A stretch of DNA of 52,643 bases from an uncultured Candidatus Bathyarchaeia archaeon (GCA_964350175.1 CAYGJP010000001.1:3147-55789), one strand, 5' to 3'; counted from the stretch's first letter, positions 1 through 10,369 are shown. A program made the numbers and translations. Notes: generated by a model from the letters alone, not told the origin.

Positions 1-1127
1 AACTCTGGTTTAGATAGAAGTTCCCCCGCAAGCCGCGTGTACTCGCGAACTTTCGCAAGATTCTTCAAAATCGCCTCGTAACCTATTTGCCGCGGAAGCT
101 TTTGGCTGCTGGTCCTCGGATAAGAAATCAATGCGTCAAGATACAACCGCTGAGCAATGCTTGAGGTGCGCATAGGCGTGTACCCAAAAAAAGTGTACGC
201 TTCACTTTGCAGCGCGCCCAAGTCGAACGGTACTGGCGGCATCTGCTTAAGCTTTCTGGATGCTACTTTCTCTATTTCCCCGCTTTTCCCCTTGCAGGCG
301 TTGACCACAACGTCAGCTTCGTCTTTGACTGCTAACGTTTTCTTTTCGTACTCCGCCTCAAACTTTTCCTCGCCAATTTTCACCTTAGCCTTCAAGGTCC
401 AGTACGGTACAGGAACAAAACAGGCAATGCTCCTTTCTCTGGTCACAAGAAACTTCAGCGTTGGTCCCTGCACACGCCCCGTGCTCAGCGTGGCGTAATA
501 TCCGCTTGCCTTTTTCGCCGCCAAAGTCAACGCCCTAGACAAGTTTATGCCATACAACCAGTCCACTTCATGCCTTGCCAGCCCAGCTTCGATGAGGGCA
601 AAGTCCAGATGCGGCAACAGCGAAGTGTAGGATTTTTCCAGCTCTTCTTTTGTGAGGGTGGAGTACTTCATGCGTTTAGCTGCGTTTTCTTTTCCGCCGC
701 AGGCATATTTTAGTATGCAGTAGCCGATTATGCTGCCTTCAATGTCATAGTCACACGCGTCGATGAATGTGTCTGCTTCTTTGGCGAGTTTAGAAATTGT
801 CTGCAGCCAAACCCGAATTCGACTTGCTCCCCGCTCCGCCTCATACAGCGGCACCCACCTGAGGTTAAAAACGGGGTACTTGCCGCGCTCTTTTGCTTCA
901 CTTGTAACCGTGTACAGATGCCCTAAAGCTGGAACAACAACAATTTTCCCCTCACGCTGCGCCACATAGTATGGGACTCCCTTGTCTGCCATGCGCTTGG
1001 CTTTCCCCGTGAAGTCCAGAGCTGAGGCTATTCGGTTGGCGGCATCTGGCTTTTCAGTTACAATAAGCGTGTACTTTTCCAAGCGTGCATCCACACTGCG
1101 TAGTCGACTTATCTCCAAAATAAACAT
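1..1127 (-). CDS. topA: DNA topoisomerase IA, N-terminal ~375 aa (gene continues beyond window start)
   Basis: Absent from the ORF track because it has no stop in the window. My translation of the minus strand from ATG 1127..1125 gives MFILEISRL... It shows Toprim 'LIVTEKPDAANRIA' and 'DACDYDIEGS', then 'LSTGRVQGPTL' and 'LISYPRTSSQKLP', all type-IA signatures. The + strand track ORFs 157-1170 are antisense shadows. Confidence 0.85.
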   Translation of the reverse strand, partial: MFILEISRLRSVDARLEKYTLIVTEKPDAANRIASALDFTGKAKRMADKGVPYYVAQREGKIVVVPALGHLYTVTSEAKERGKYPVFNLRWVPLYEAERGASRIRVWLQTISKLAKEADTFIDACDYDIEGSIIGYCILKYACGGKENAAKRMKYSTLTKEELEKSYTSLLPHLDFALIEAGLARHEVDWLYGINLSRALTLAAKKASGYYATLSTGRVQGPTLKFLVTRERSIACFVPVPYWTLKAKVKIGEEKFEAEYEKKTLAVKDEADVVVNACKGKSGEIEKVASRKLKQMPPVPFDLGALQSEAYTFFGYTPMRTSSIAQRLYLDALISYPRTSSQKLPRQIGYEAILKNLAKVREYTRLAGELLSKPE

Positions 1128-1229
1128 TGTACTCGCCTCTGCGTTTCTTTTCGGCAACAACAAGCCGTAGTTTGCAAGCAATTCAGCAAAACCACACCTG
1201 CAGAATGGAAAACATGACAACCATTAAAT

Positions 1230-1433
1230 ATGCTGAATGCACTTTGCTGTGATATACGAGTGACCATGATGCCGCAGCGTGTTATATGTCACGAATGCAG
1301 ATGTGTTTTGTATGAGGGCACGGAGCTAAAACCTCCAGACGAAATTCTCCACCAACACGAGGGTAAGTGCCCTAAATGCGGCAAAAAGCTGTCTCTGATG
1401 CCCCTTGACGTGGACGTAAGACCTGCAAAATAA
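1230..1433 (+). CDS. small four-Cys zinc-ribbon protein
   Basis: Track ORF with 'VICHECRCVLYEG...EGKCPKCGKKL' (two CxxC pairs). The real start is probably the MMPQRV Met pair near 1266. Confidence 0.5.
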   Translation: MLNALCCDIRVTMMPQRVICHECRCVLYEGTELKPPDEILHQHEGKCPKCGKKLSLMPLDVDVRPAK

Positions 1434-1690
1434 CCAAAAACTCTTCTCCCAAACCTATTTTACATATTACATTATCCAAAAATTTATTACGCCCCGACCC
1501 CGGGTGCAGTTGGTAGTATTATGCAAATTCCGAGTCTGAACTTCTAATTATACTACACGCCACAAAATCCAACTAATTTTGCACACCTGCCGGTTTTGAG
1601 ATTCTTGGAAAAGGCATATATGAATGGCTTTATGATATAACCCAATAACCGCAAAAATAAATAGACGGCATAATCAATCTGTGTAAAGAG

Positions 1691-3949
1691 ATGGCACAAA
1701 TGGGGTTCAAAGAGACATTGTCAAAAGGCCTTAAGGGCACTGGAAAACTGCGTATCCCAGTAAGTCACGCATCACTCATAACTATAACAGCTCTGTTGCT
1801 GATTTTATTCATCGCGTTTACCATACGCGTTCTGCCTATGCGATGGGAAATACCCTCAGGCACTCTGGGTCTTAACGAGTTCGACCCCTACTACCAGTAT
1901 TCTTTAACTAATAAAATGGTGAACGACGGTCTCCTCTCGCCCTATTTGCCTGCTTCTTGGGTAAACACACAGCAGTGGTACCCTGACGGGTTAGACATGT
2001 CTCGGTCATTTCCATCTCTGCCGATGACCACGGCTGTACTTTACAATGTCATCTCAACATTAGGCGTGAACATCGATTTAATGTCGTTCTGCTCTCTGAT
2101 GGCGCCATTGTTGGGTATGCTTGCAGTTCTAATAATGTACTTCGTTGGTAAAGACATGGGCGGCAAAACCGTTGGTTTGCTGTCCGCGCTTATTCTGGCT
2201 TTGATGCCCTCATATATTCAGAGGTCGTCTCTTGGTTTCTTCGATACAGAAACCGTTGGTGTGCTAGCTCTACTATTGTTCATTTTCCTATTCCTTCGAG
2301 CAATTGATCCAAACAAATCCTTCAAATCTATGGTACTATATTCCCTTGGCTCCGCAGCGGCCCTAGCTTATTTCACTGCTGGATGGGGCGCAGCCTACTT
2401 CCTGATAGACCTAATTGCACTATACGCCTTTGTGCTTGTCTTACTGAGAAAATACAGCCCAAGGCTTCTGTTTGCTTACAGCATAACTTTCGGTCTCGGT
2501 CTCTTCGCGGCTATAAGCATTCCTCTGCTGTCTCCTCACTACCTAACATCAGGCGCAATACTGCCAGTCGCAGCCGTATTTGTCGTACTTTGCCTCGCAG
2601 AAGTTCTACGGGCTAACCTCACAATGAAAACTAAAACCATCCTTACAGCCGCTTTCCTAGTTGTTTTGGTTGGAGGCGTTGCTGTTATATGGGGATTTGG
2701 CGATTTGACAAGCATCGCAGGCAAATTCACCTCCGTGCTTGATCCTTTCCAACGTGCAAGCCACCCTCTTATTGAATCCGTAGCTGAGCACCGAATCGCA
2801 GCTTGGGGCTCCATGTACTACGAGTTAGGCATAGGTATACTGTTCTTCCTAGTAGGCATCTACTTTACTGTGAAGAACCCGACTAACCGGAACGTGTTCT
2901 TGGTTCTATTCGGTTTGACATCTCTGTACTTTGCAAGCTCTATGGTGCGTTTACTCATCCTCTTGGCTCCAGCCTTTGCTCTCTTGGTTTCAATTGGAGT
3001 TCTCAATCTGCTAAAGCCGTTCTTCACGTTGCTTCGCGAAAGTGGAGGGCAAGTTACCGCCAAGTCAAAGCGCCGTCTGACCCGAGTGGGTAGAGAATAT
3101 AGCGCATTAGTTATTCTCCTAATCTTTGGGCTGCTGGTAACAAACTTTGCTTTCTCGCCCCAGACTGGCGGTCAACCCCGAGTCTACAACATGGCTTACA
3201 GTCCTATGGCAATTACTGCATCAAGTCTGCCTATCTCAGCTAGCGAGCCTATTCCTCAATGGCGAAACATGGTAAGTTACATGCGAGAAAACCTCCAGCA
3301 AACCGACGTTGTGGCTAGTTGGTGGGACTACGGCAACTGGATAGGCTACATAGGCAACGTCACAACACTTTGCGATAACAATACCATAAATGCTACCCAA
3401 ATAGAAAACGTAGGTTACGGCATGATGGCAAACGAAACCCAAGCGGTAAAGATGTTCGCGAACTATAACACCTCATACGTGCTGGTGTTCACTACGCTTC
3501 AGCTTCCTCTCTCAAGCAGCAGCCAGTTGACTGGCGGTGTCCGATTTGGCGGTTACGGCGACGAAGGCAAATGGGTGTGGATGGCGGATATTTCAGGCAA
3601 CGCAAAAGACCGATTCATGAGTCAAGGTTTCATGACTGCAGACTACCAGTGGAGCAACAAAACCGACTTCGGTTTCAATGCCACAAGTGGCCAGATGAGC
3701 TGGAACGACATGGGATTGAATTCAACAATCTACAAGCTCATGAGCAACGCCGAGAAACAGTGGGCTGAACAGTACGGTTTCACTCCAACGGAGAGCGCAT
3801 CCGATCTGTTGTTCTTTACGCCAGTGTACATTGCAGGCTTAGAAGTAGACCCAACAACTGCAGCGCAGCAATACTACACTTTGGTGCCTTTGGTTTGCCT
3901 CTACAAGATTAACTGGGACGCATACTACGCCGCAACAGCTACGCCCTAG
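1691..3949 (+). CDS. aglB: archaeal oligosaccharyltransferase AglB (STT3 family)
   Basis: 752 aa with a long polytopic N-terminal membrane domain, followed by 'VASWWDYGNWIGY' (WWDYG catalytic motif). Confidence 0.9.
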   Translation: MAQMGFKETLSKGLKGTGKLRIPVSHASLITITALLLILFIAFTIRVLPMRWEIPSGTLGLNEFDPYYQYSLTNKMVNDGLLSPYLPASWVNTQQWYPDGLDMSRSFPSLPMTTAVLYNVISTLGVNIDLMSFCSLMAPLLGMLAVLIMYFVGKDMGGKTVGLLSALILALMPSYIQRSSLGFFDTETVGVLALLLFIFLFLRAIDPNKSFKSMVLYSLGSAAALAYFTAGWGAAYFLIDLIALYAFVLVLLRKYSPRLLFAYSITFGLGLFAAISIPLLSPHYLTSGAILPVAAVFVVLCLAEVLRANLTMKTKTILTAAFLVVLVGGVAVIWGFGDLTSIAGKFTSVLDPFQRASHPLIESVAEHRIAAWGSMYYELGIGILFFLVGIYFTVKNPTNRNVFLVLFGLTSLYFASSMVRLLILLAPAFALLVSIGVLNLLKPFFTLLRESGGQVTAKSKRRLTRVGREYSALVILLIFGLLVTNFAFSPQTGGQPRVYNMAYSPMAITASSLPISASEPIPQWRNMVSYMRENLQQTDVVASWWDYGNWIGYIGNVTTLCDNNTINATQIENVGYGMMANETQAVKMFANYNTSYVLVFTTLQLPLSSSSQLTGGVRFGGYGDEGKWVWMADISGNAKDRFMSQGFMTADYQWSNKTDFGFNATSGQMSWNDMGLNSTIYKLMSNAEKQWAEQYGFTPTESASDLLFFTPVYIAGLEVDPTTAAQQYYTLVPLVCLYKINWDAYYAATATP

Positions 3950-3960
3950 GAAGCGAGCGC

Positions 3961-4833
3961 TTGTTCCCCAAAGTCCCCGACCAACACAAAACAGGCAAAC
4001 CCTTGGTTCCATGGGGCTTAGGCGTAATCTACGTCCTATTCGCCACCGTCTACATTTTTTTAGCCTACTTTTTAGGCGTCGGCTCAGCTCCAAACGGAGT
4101 TTCCGCACCCTTAACCCTAGCCGTGTGCATACTGTTCGGCGGCTTCATGGGCATGCTGGATGACTGGATAGACCTCAAATGGCGATACAAAGCCTTCATG
4201 CCCCTCATTGCAGCTCTCCCCCTCATGTACTTTGTACTTGCCAACCCTGAAACTGTACGTACCTCCATATCCATTCCCCTACTAGGCACGGTGCAATTCG
4301 GGGACGCGTACATCTTTTTAATAATACCCTTAATCGTCATGGTAATCACTAACACCATCAACATGCTGGGCGGCTTAAACGGCTTAGAAACAGTTTGCCC
4401 TGCCATAATCCTCATCGGACTAACCGCTCTGTCCTCTAATGAATTTCAGATTCTCATGATTGGGCCCCTAATCGTTTGGCTGATTCTTGCCTTTTTTAAT
4501 GTCCAAGGAAAAATCTTCGTGGGTAACACGGGGTCCTTCGCTATCGGCTTGTCTGTAGCCGCTTTCGCGGTTTTGACCGACCTTAAATCGAGTTTGCTCA
4601 TCTCGATTCTTCCCAATGTCTTCAACTCAGTTCTCATACTGTTGACGGTTTTCTTTGTCCATAAGAGAGCCAGTGTCGCGTTTGATGGTCAAAAACTTGT
4701 ATCTGAACACAGGCGAAGTTTGGTGACGCTGCTAACCTACCGCAGACCCCTAACGGAGCGCCAAGTGGTTGCTATAATTTCGTTTATTGTGGCGGTTTTC
4801 ACTGTGCTTGCAGTACTAATCGAATTCATTTAG
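3961..4833 (+). CDS. glycosyltransferase family 4 sugar-1-phosphate transferase (MraY/WecA/AglH type)
   Basis: Polytopic membrane protein with motifs 'MLDDWIDLKWRYK', 'INMLGGLNGLE' and 'FVGNTGSFAIG'. It has a TTG start and lies directly downstream of aglB. Confidence 0.7.
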   Translation: MFPKVPDQHKTGKPLVPWGLGVIYVLFATVYIFLAYFLGVGSAPNGVSAPLTLAVCILFGGFMGMLDDWIDLKWRYKAFMPLIAALPLMYFVLANPETVRTSISIPLLGTVQFGDAYIFLIIPLIVMVITNTINMLGGLNGLETVCPAIILIGLTALSSNEFQILMIGPLIVWLILAFFNVQGKIFVGNTGSFAIGLSVAAFAVLTDLKSSLLISILPNVFNSVLILLTVFFVHKRASVAFDGQKLVSEHRRSLVTLLTYRRPLTERQVVAIISFIVAVFTVLAVLIEFI

Positions 4834-4863
4834 CAACCATCAAACGCACTCGTTTTAGTTTGG

Positions 4864-7575
4864 CTATGCCAGAAACCTTTCCAGCTTCGTTAACCCGATG
4901 ATTTCGTCGAAGCTCAAGCCCAACGCATCTAAAACTTGGTCAAACGTGCTATGCAGGTGCGCTACGTACTTGTCCACATCCACCTCGTTTTTCGTCGTTA
5001 ACTCTACAGGTTTAACATGAGGTTCACGTGTGGTTTTGACGAAGCGTATTAGGTCGCCTGCACGCACTTCCATTCCGCTTTGCTGCAAAATTTTTGCGGC
5101 TTTAACATGCTGTGGCGTGGTCTTCGTGTAGTGCTCAAGGTCATCGCCTAAAACGACGCTGAAGGCAAGCTCGTTCATGTCTTGCCATTCCCTGCGCTTG
5201 AGTCGCGTGTAGCGGTCGCGGACGATGTTGGCTATGTCTTTTTTGGCTTTCTCGAATTCTGCAGGGTTCTTGACCTGCGCGAGGCGTTCCTTCATTTGGT
5301 TAAACGCGTTTTTGATGAAAATCGGGATGTGCTTCTTCTTCCCTGTTAAACCTTTGACGTCTACGGCGCCGTCTTCGAGGACGCCTAGGTAGTTTTTCTT
5401 GCGGCTGCTAAAAACTGCGTACCGGTAATTTTTGTCCACGTCAATGCCCATTTTCAACTCATGCTCGGTCCAGTGGGCTAAGTCTCCGATTTGCTCTTTG
5501 GAGGGGTTTTTGAGGAAAAGGCTGTCGGTGTCGCCGTACAAAACCTGTATGCCTAGGGTTTCGGCTCGGCCAAGGATTTTTGTGATGGAGTGTCTGCCGA
5601 TGGCTGCTGTGGCTTCCGCTACAGGTGGGCAGTAGAGGTCGAAGCTTTCGGCGCCAAAAACGCCGTAGCTGGCGTTTAAGATGACTTTTAGGGCGCCTTG
5701 GGCGACTTTGTACCAGCTTCTCTGCTCTTCAGTTAGGGTTTTGTCTTTGGCTTTGTTTTTGTACCATTGAACTCGCAGGTCTCTCAGGGAGCCTATGAGG
5801 AGGCTTTCCATGGCGCGTTTGCGGGTGCAGACCCAGTGGGGCGTGTTCGGAATTAGGTTGCTTTTGCATTCGGGGTGTGGGCACAGGATGGATTGGTAGC
5901 CTAGGTTCCAGACTTTGATGATGGAGGGGTACAGGCTGGGGAAGTCCATGACGGCTACGTTGAAGTGTACGCCTGGGGTGGGTTCGACGACTATGGCGCC
6001 TTGGTATTTTTTGCCTTTGATTATGGCTTTAGTGGCTGTTTGACCTTTTTCTACGAGGATGTCTTGGGCGTTTGGGATGAGCATGTTTTTGTGTCGGTGT
6101 TCACGGTGCATGAAGTTCCGAATCCATCTGGATACGCCTTGGCGGCTGACGTCTTCCATGGGCATGCTGCTGATTCTGGCGAGAACAAGGATGAGTTTCA
6201 TGGCGAGTTCGTCTTCGAAGCTGGTTAGCTTGAAGGTTATTTCTGAATCTCTAAAGCAGTAGTCGGCGAGTTCAGTGTAGGTTAATTCGCCTATGGTTTT
6301 TTCGCACTTGATTTTTTCCAGCCCGAGGACGCCTTTGCCTACGTCGTTTAATGTGATGTCTCGGTAGCGGTTGCTGAACGCGTAGATTTGGATGGCACGG
6401 TTGAAGAAAAACTTGTACAGGTCGATGTGGATGCCATATTTGAGGAGACAGACGCGTCTGCCGATGTCTATAGGAATTTCCCGTCTTTCTATGCCTAAGT
6501 TTGCTGCGCGATGCACCATGTACCGTAAGTCAAAGTCGTCACCGTTGAATGTTAACAAGAACGGATATTCCCAGAGAATGTCAAAGATGGCTCGGAGCAG
6601 GTCTTCTTCAGTTTCATAATACTCCAGCTGGACATCGGGGGGCACCTGCGCGTTTCCTTCCCTGACGCCTGAACGTTTGAGGATGAGGACTTTTTTCTGG
6701 TTATCTGAAGCGTAAAGTGAGCAGCAGACTACGGGGTATGCGGCTTCGCGTGAGTCGGGTACGCGGGTGGATATAGGCGCGTAGACTTCTATGTCTATGG
6801 CGGCTCTGCGGAACTTCGGCGCAGGGTACTCTATGAGTCTAGCCCACTCTTCAATGTACTCAAGCTCTTCACTCGTGGCGTCTTTGAAAAGGCCTTTGAG
6901 GTTTGCGATTGTTTTTTCTGCTTCCTCCACGCGGCATGGAACAAGGTTGCCGTTTTTCACTTCAAAAATCATGCCTGGCAAATACCGCGTGTCGTAAATG
7001 TAAGATTGGTAATATTTTATTTTTGCTTCCCAGACTTTGGCGTCCTCAGGGTTCGCGGGTGTGTCTGAGGTTGTTGGGAAGTCTTCGGGGATGATGTCGC
7101 GTATGCTGCCCTGCGGTTTGCCGCCTATGGCTAGGGGGTCGTTGGTGACGATTTTTGTAACTGGGATTCTCTTGTCAGCCAAGGGGTCAAAGAGTTCCAT
7201 GGATTCAAAGTGGTCAAAACCTTCATGGTGAACGACGCGGTCCATTTTCTCCAGTTCATACTGCGAGAGGTTGGTTAAGCAGTACGGCTTGTGTCCTGTG
7301 TTGTCGTACCAGAAGTAGATTTTGCCTTCGGTGGGCTCGTAGAGCTTAACCACCGCTTTTTTCTGGCGCCCGTCATACGTTGCAGAAACGAAATAGGATG
7401 CTGGCAGGTTTTCAGGTGCCTTCGGAGGGAAAACTCGGCGCTTCTTTTCATGCTCCTTAGTGGTTGCTGGTTCTGTGGTTGGTTGCGGTGGCGCTTCCGC
7501 TTTCGGTTTCTCTTTTTCTACGGCGGGTTTGCTGGGCAACTGGAACCATGCGTCTAAGCTTTTGGATTGCGGCAT
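4864..7575 (-). CDS. polB: family B DNA polymerase
   Basis: Exonuclease motifs 'AAIDIEVY', 'FNGDDFDLRYM' and 'YCFRDSEIT'. Polymerase motifs 'DFPSLYPSII', 'KVILNASYGVFG' and 'YGDTDS'. Confidence 0.95.
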   Translation of the reverse strand: MPQSKSLDAWFQLPSKPAVEKEKPKAEAPPQPTTEPATTKEHEKKRRVFPPKAPENLPASYFVSATYDGRQKKAVVKLYEPTEGKIYFWYDNTGHKPYCLTNLSQYELEKMDRVVHHEGFDHFESMELFDPLADKRIPVTKIVTNDPLAIGGKPQGSIRDIIPEDFPTTSDTPANPEDAKVWEAKIKYYQSYIYDTRYLPGMIFEVKNGNLVPCRVEEAEKTIANLKGLFKDATSEELEYIEEWARLIEYPAPKFRRAAIDIEVYAPISTRVPDSREAAYPVVCCSLYASDNQKKVLILKRSGVREGNAQVPPDVQLEYYETEEDLLRAIFDILWEYPFLLTFNGDDFDLRYMVHRAANLGIERREIPIDIGRRVCLLKYGIHIDLYKFFFNRAIQIYAFSNRYRDITLNDVGKGVLGLEKIKCEKTIGELTYTELADYCFRDSEITFKLTSFEDELAMKLILVLARISSMPMEDVSRQGVSRWIRNFMHREHRHKNMLIPNAQDILVEKGQTATKAIIKGKKYQGAIVVEPTPGVHFNVAVMDFPSLYPSIIKVWNLGYQSILCPHPECKSNLIPNTPHWVCTRKRAMESLLIGSLRDLRVQWYKNKAKDKTLTEEQRSWYKVAQGALKVILNASYGVFGAESFDLYCPPVAEATAAIGRHSITKILGRAETLGIQVLYGDTDSLFLKNPSKEQIGDLAHWTEHELKMGIDVDKNYRYAVFSSRKKNYLGVLEDGAVDVKGLTGKKKHIPIFIKNAFNQMKERLAQVKNPAEFEKAKKDIANIVRDRYTRLKRREWQDMNELAFSVVLGDDLEHYTKTTPQHVKAAKILQQSGMEVRAGDLIRFVKTTREPHVKPVELTTKNEVDVDKYVAHLHSTFDQVLDALGLSFDEIIGLTKLERFLA

Positions 7576-7743
7576 CCTGTTTCTTGTCCTTGCTACCTTC
7601 TATTGAGGGCGTGCTCTAAAATCTTTGGTGGCACATTTAGGTGCATCTTTGCAGGTAGTTTACACCAGTCGTTCATGAAACCTTGCTATGTAAGCTCATA
7701 TTCTTATTAGGGTCTCTGCCGCTGTTTACCCTGTGCACCTGCC

Positions 7744-9090
7744 TTGTTGAAAGACGCTTGGACCATAGCCATCGAAACCCTAAGCTGGATAGAAATGCAA
7801 AAACTCAGCGAGCACATGGCTCTCACTCGAACCGTGAAGCAGCTGGGCATCAAAGACCCTGACGCCATCCGCTTAGGCTACGGACTCGTGGTTGAAACCG
7901 TCCGGCGAAGGAACCTGATTGACAAATTCATCAACAGCCAACTCACGTCTAAGCCCCTTGACGAGTTGACAATTGGTGTGCAGGCATTTCTGAGACTTTA
8001 CGTTTACCAAACCCGCGTCACCAAAAACTGGGCCAAAGTCGATTTAGAAGAGGCGCAGCGCATCGCTAGGTTGGGCAGGGCGATTCTGGGCTGGGAAAAT
8101 CTGCTGGAAGTTGAGCCTATACTTGGCTTCTTGCTTACCCGCAACATAAAACCGATAATGGACGCGGCAAAAGACGAAGAACGCGTAGCGCTGGAAACTT
8201 TTCACCCAACATGGTTTGTGAAGTACTGCTTTGACCTGATGGGTCGCAGCGAAGCCATAACCTTCCTCGAAGGCAACATGACCGCGCCTCCCGCGCACAT
8301 ACGGTTGAACACGCTTAAAGGTCCTCAGGAGGAACTTTTACAGAAACTCGCCGCTGAAGGCATCACCGTAGAAAAAGCAGAACCCCTCAAACACACCTAC
8401 AAAGTAGTCAACTCCAAAAATCCACTTACCCGAACTGACAGCTTCCGCATAGGTCGCTTTTTCATTCAGGACAAAGCCAGCTGCTTTGCTGCAGAAGCTG
8501 CCGACCCAAAACCCGACATGACGGTTTTTGATGTTTGTGCGGCTCCAGGAGCCAAAACCACCTACCTCGCGCAGCTCATGGAGAACAAAGGCGTAATCTG
8601 CGCTGTTGACTTCTCAAAGCGCCGAATGAAGACTTGGCTGCAAGAGGTCGGGCGCATGTGGCTAAAAATAGCTGACCCCGTCATCGCCGACGCACGCACC
8701 CCATTACCCTTTAACGTGCAGGCTGATGTGGTGATTTTGGATCCGCCATGCACCAGCACAGGAGTATTCGCCAAGCTCCCCGCAGCCAAATGGCGCCTCA
8801 CCCCAAAGTCGATTGATAAGATGACGGAGATTCAGTGGCAGATGATTAACAACTGCGCCCAAAACGTGGCTTCAGGCGGCACCCTCACATACAGCACATG
8901 CAGCATCACCGTTGAAGAAAACGAGGTGATTATCGAGCGTTTCCTGCAGGCGCACCCCGAATTCAGCTTAGTAGAAATTAACCCAAAGATGGGCTTGCCA
9001 GGGCTGAGAGGCTTAGATAAGTGCCAGAGGTTGTATCCGCATCTGCACCAGTGCAACGGCTTCTTCATAGCAAAACTCCAAAAACAATAG
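7744..9090 (+). CDS. NOL1/NOP2/Sun-family RNA cytosine-C5 methyltransferase
   Basis: 'DVCAAPGAKTTYLAQL' (SAM motif), 'ILDPPCTSTG' and 'TYSTCSI' catalytic Cys motifs. TTG start. Confidence 0.9.
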   Translation: MLKDAWTIAIETLSWIEMQKLSEHMALTRTVKQLGIKDPDAIRLGYGLVVETVRRRNLIDKFINSQLTSKPLDELTIGVQAFLRLYVYQTRVTKNWAKVDLEEAQRIARLGRAILGWENLLEVEPILGFLLTRNIKPIMDAAKDEERVALETFHPTWFVKYCFDLMGRSEAITFLEGNMTAPPAHIRLNTLKGPQEELLQKLAAEGITVEKAEPLKHTYKVVNSKNPLTRTDSFRIGRFFIQDKASCFAAEAADPKPDMTVFDVCAAPGAKTTYLAQLMENKGVICAVDFSKRRMKTWLQEVGRMWLKIADPVIADARTPLPFNVQADVVILDPPCTSTGVFAKLPAAKWRLTPKSIDKMTEIQWQMINNCAQNVASGGTLTYSTCSITVEENEVIIERFLQAHPEFSLVEINPKMGLPGLRGLDKCQRLYPHLHQCNGFFIAKLQKQ

Positions 9091-9147
9091 AATTCTCTCT
9101 CTTTGTCTGTTTTCGTCATATTTGGTGCCTATTAGTAATTCGATGCA

Positions 9148-9290
9148 GAAACGATAGAGGGGTCTACTCGTATTGGCGAATTTTTCAGCCCAATAATATG
9201 TTGGATTTCTGAAAAACCGAAGGGGGAAAGGGTAGGTCAAAACGATAGGGTACCTATCAGAGGTCAAGAAAAGCCATGTTGGATTCTATA
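9148..9290. repeat. intergenic imperfect ~90-nt tandem duplication carrying an inverted copy of a sequence from 31.28 kb
   Basis: 'AACGATAG' at 9150 and 9241, and 'ATGTTGGATT' at 9189 and 9276. 9249..9267 (GGTACCTATCAGAGGTCAA) is the exact reverse complement of 31280..31298. With flanks the match extends to 26 of 28 columns. Confidence 0.6.
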
Positions 9291-9325
9291 TATAGGGGGG
9301 CTATAGTCTGCTCCGAGCAACAGGG

Positions 9326-10228
9326 CTAACGCGTTTTCTGCGCCTTCTTCAGTTGGCACAGCATCTCAAACATCACTTTAGCCGCTGCAATCGCCGAGAT
9401 TCCTTGGTCGTAAACTGGCGCAACCTCCAAAACATCAAACCCGACCACACGTTTGTCACATAACGCGCACACAATGTCCAGTAGTTCGCCTGTGGTTATG
9501 CCGTCTGCTTCTGGGTTCTGCACTGCAGGCGCAAACGCTGGGTCAACAACGTCCATGTCCACGGTCAGGTAGATGTTTTCGTAGGGCTCCAGCTTCTCCT
9601 TGAGTTGCTCAACGATTTTTTGGGTGCCTTCCTTCTTTATCTGCTGCGTCGGGAAAAACTCTATCCCCGCTTTCTTGGCGTAGTTTAGTTCGTCTTGGCA
9701 AACTGACCTTGTGCCCACTTCGAGGATTTTGGCTGGCTTAACTTCCTCATTAATCAGCCGCATAAACGTGGTATGCGACAACTTCAATCCGAGGAATTCT
9801 TTGCGCAAATCCAAATGCGCATCAAAACTGACGATGGCGGTTTTCTTGGCTTGCGCGCCAAACCCCTTCAGTATGCCCAAAGTTATCGTGTGTTCCCCGC
9901 CAATAGCAACAGGAACCTTGCCCGCAGCCAAAACGTCCTCAACCACCAACTTCAGCATATCCACGGTTTTCTTTGGGTCACTGCTCACATGCAAATCGCC
10001 CACATCATGCAACGCCAACTCCTCAACATCTTCGCCACTGCGGAAACTGTACGTTTCAATGTTCAGCGAAGCCTGCCGAATCGCAGCAGGACCAAACCGC
10101 GCCCCCGTCCGATACGAACTCGTAACATCAAAGGGCACGCCGAAAACCACGTACTTTGCCTCTTCAAAGGGCTTCTGCAACCCGCTGAAAACGTTCTGCT
10201 GTGAAGTGAACAGTTCAAGGTAGCTCAT
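9326..10228 (-). CDS. speB: agmatinase (arginase/ureohydrolase family)
   Basis: 'IGGEHTIT', 'SFDAHLDL', 'TVDMDVVDPAFAPA' and 'LEVAP' Mn-binding motifs. Confidence 0.9.
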   Translation of the reverse strand: MSYLELFTSQQNVFSGLQKPFEEAKYVVFGVPFDVTSSYRTGARFGPAAIRQASLNIETYSFRSGEDVEELALHDVGDLHVSSDPKKTVDMLKLVVEDVLAAGKVPVAIGGEHTITLGILKGFGAQAKKTAIVSFDAHLDLRKEFLGLKLSHTTFMRLINEEVKPAKILEVGTRSVCQDELNYAKKAGIEFFPTQQIKKEGTQKIVEQLKEKLEPYENIYLTVDMDVVDPAFAPAVQNPEADGITTGELLDIVCALCDKRVVGFDVLEVAPVYDQGISAIAAAKVMFEMLCQLKKAQKTR

Positions 10229-10369
10229 GTCTAATCTTTCCTGCTTTAGTGTTGCTCATAATCTGCTGTGGGGTGCTCAAAAACTTTTTCACTTGCCTTC
10301 TCGTAAAGAGCGTTGAACATTAAATTTATTAGTTCACACCCTAATGCATATGGTTAAAGGCGAACCAAA

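Noticed and set aside
157-1170. Four + strand track ORFs (113, 68, 62 aa and others) at the window start
   Set aside because: They are low-complexity antisense shadows of the minus-strand topoisomerase IA gene, which translates cleanly with family motifs.
1490-1560. tRNA-like D-loop string 'GCAGTTGGTAG' upstream of aglB
   Set aside because: No acceptor stem, anticodon arm or GTTCRAATC T-loop could be built around it. I found no tRNA anywhere in the window by eye.
9013-9267. Two track ORFs (9013..9267 minus, 31280..31645 plus) both beginning MTSDRY, which could suggest paralogous proteins
   Set aside because: Similarity stops after the shared 19-28 nt DNA motif. Both ORFs are otherwise implausible, so I treated this as a DNA-level repeat (see findings).
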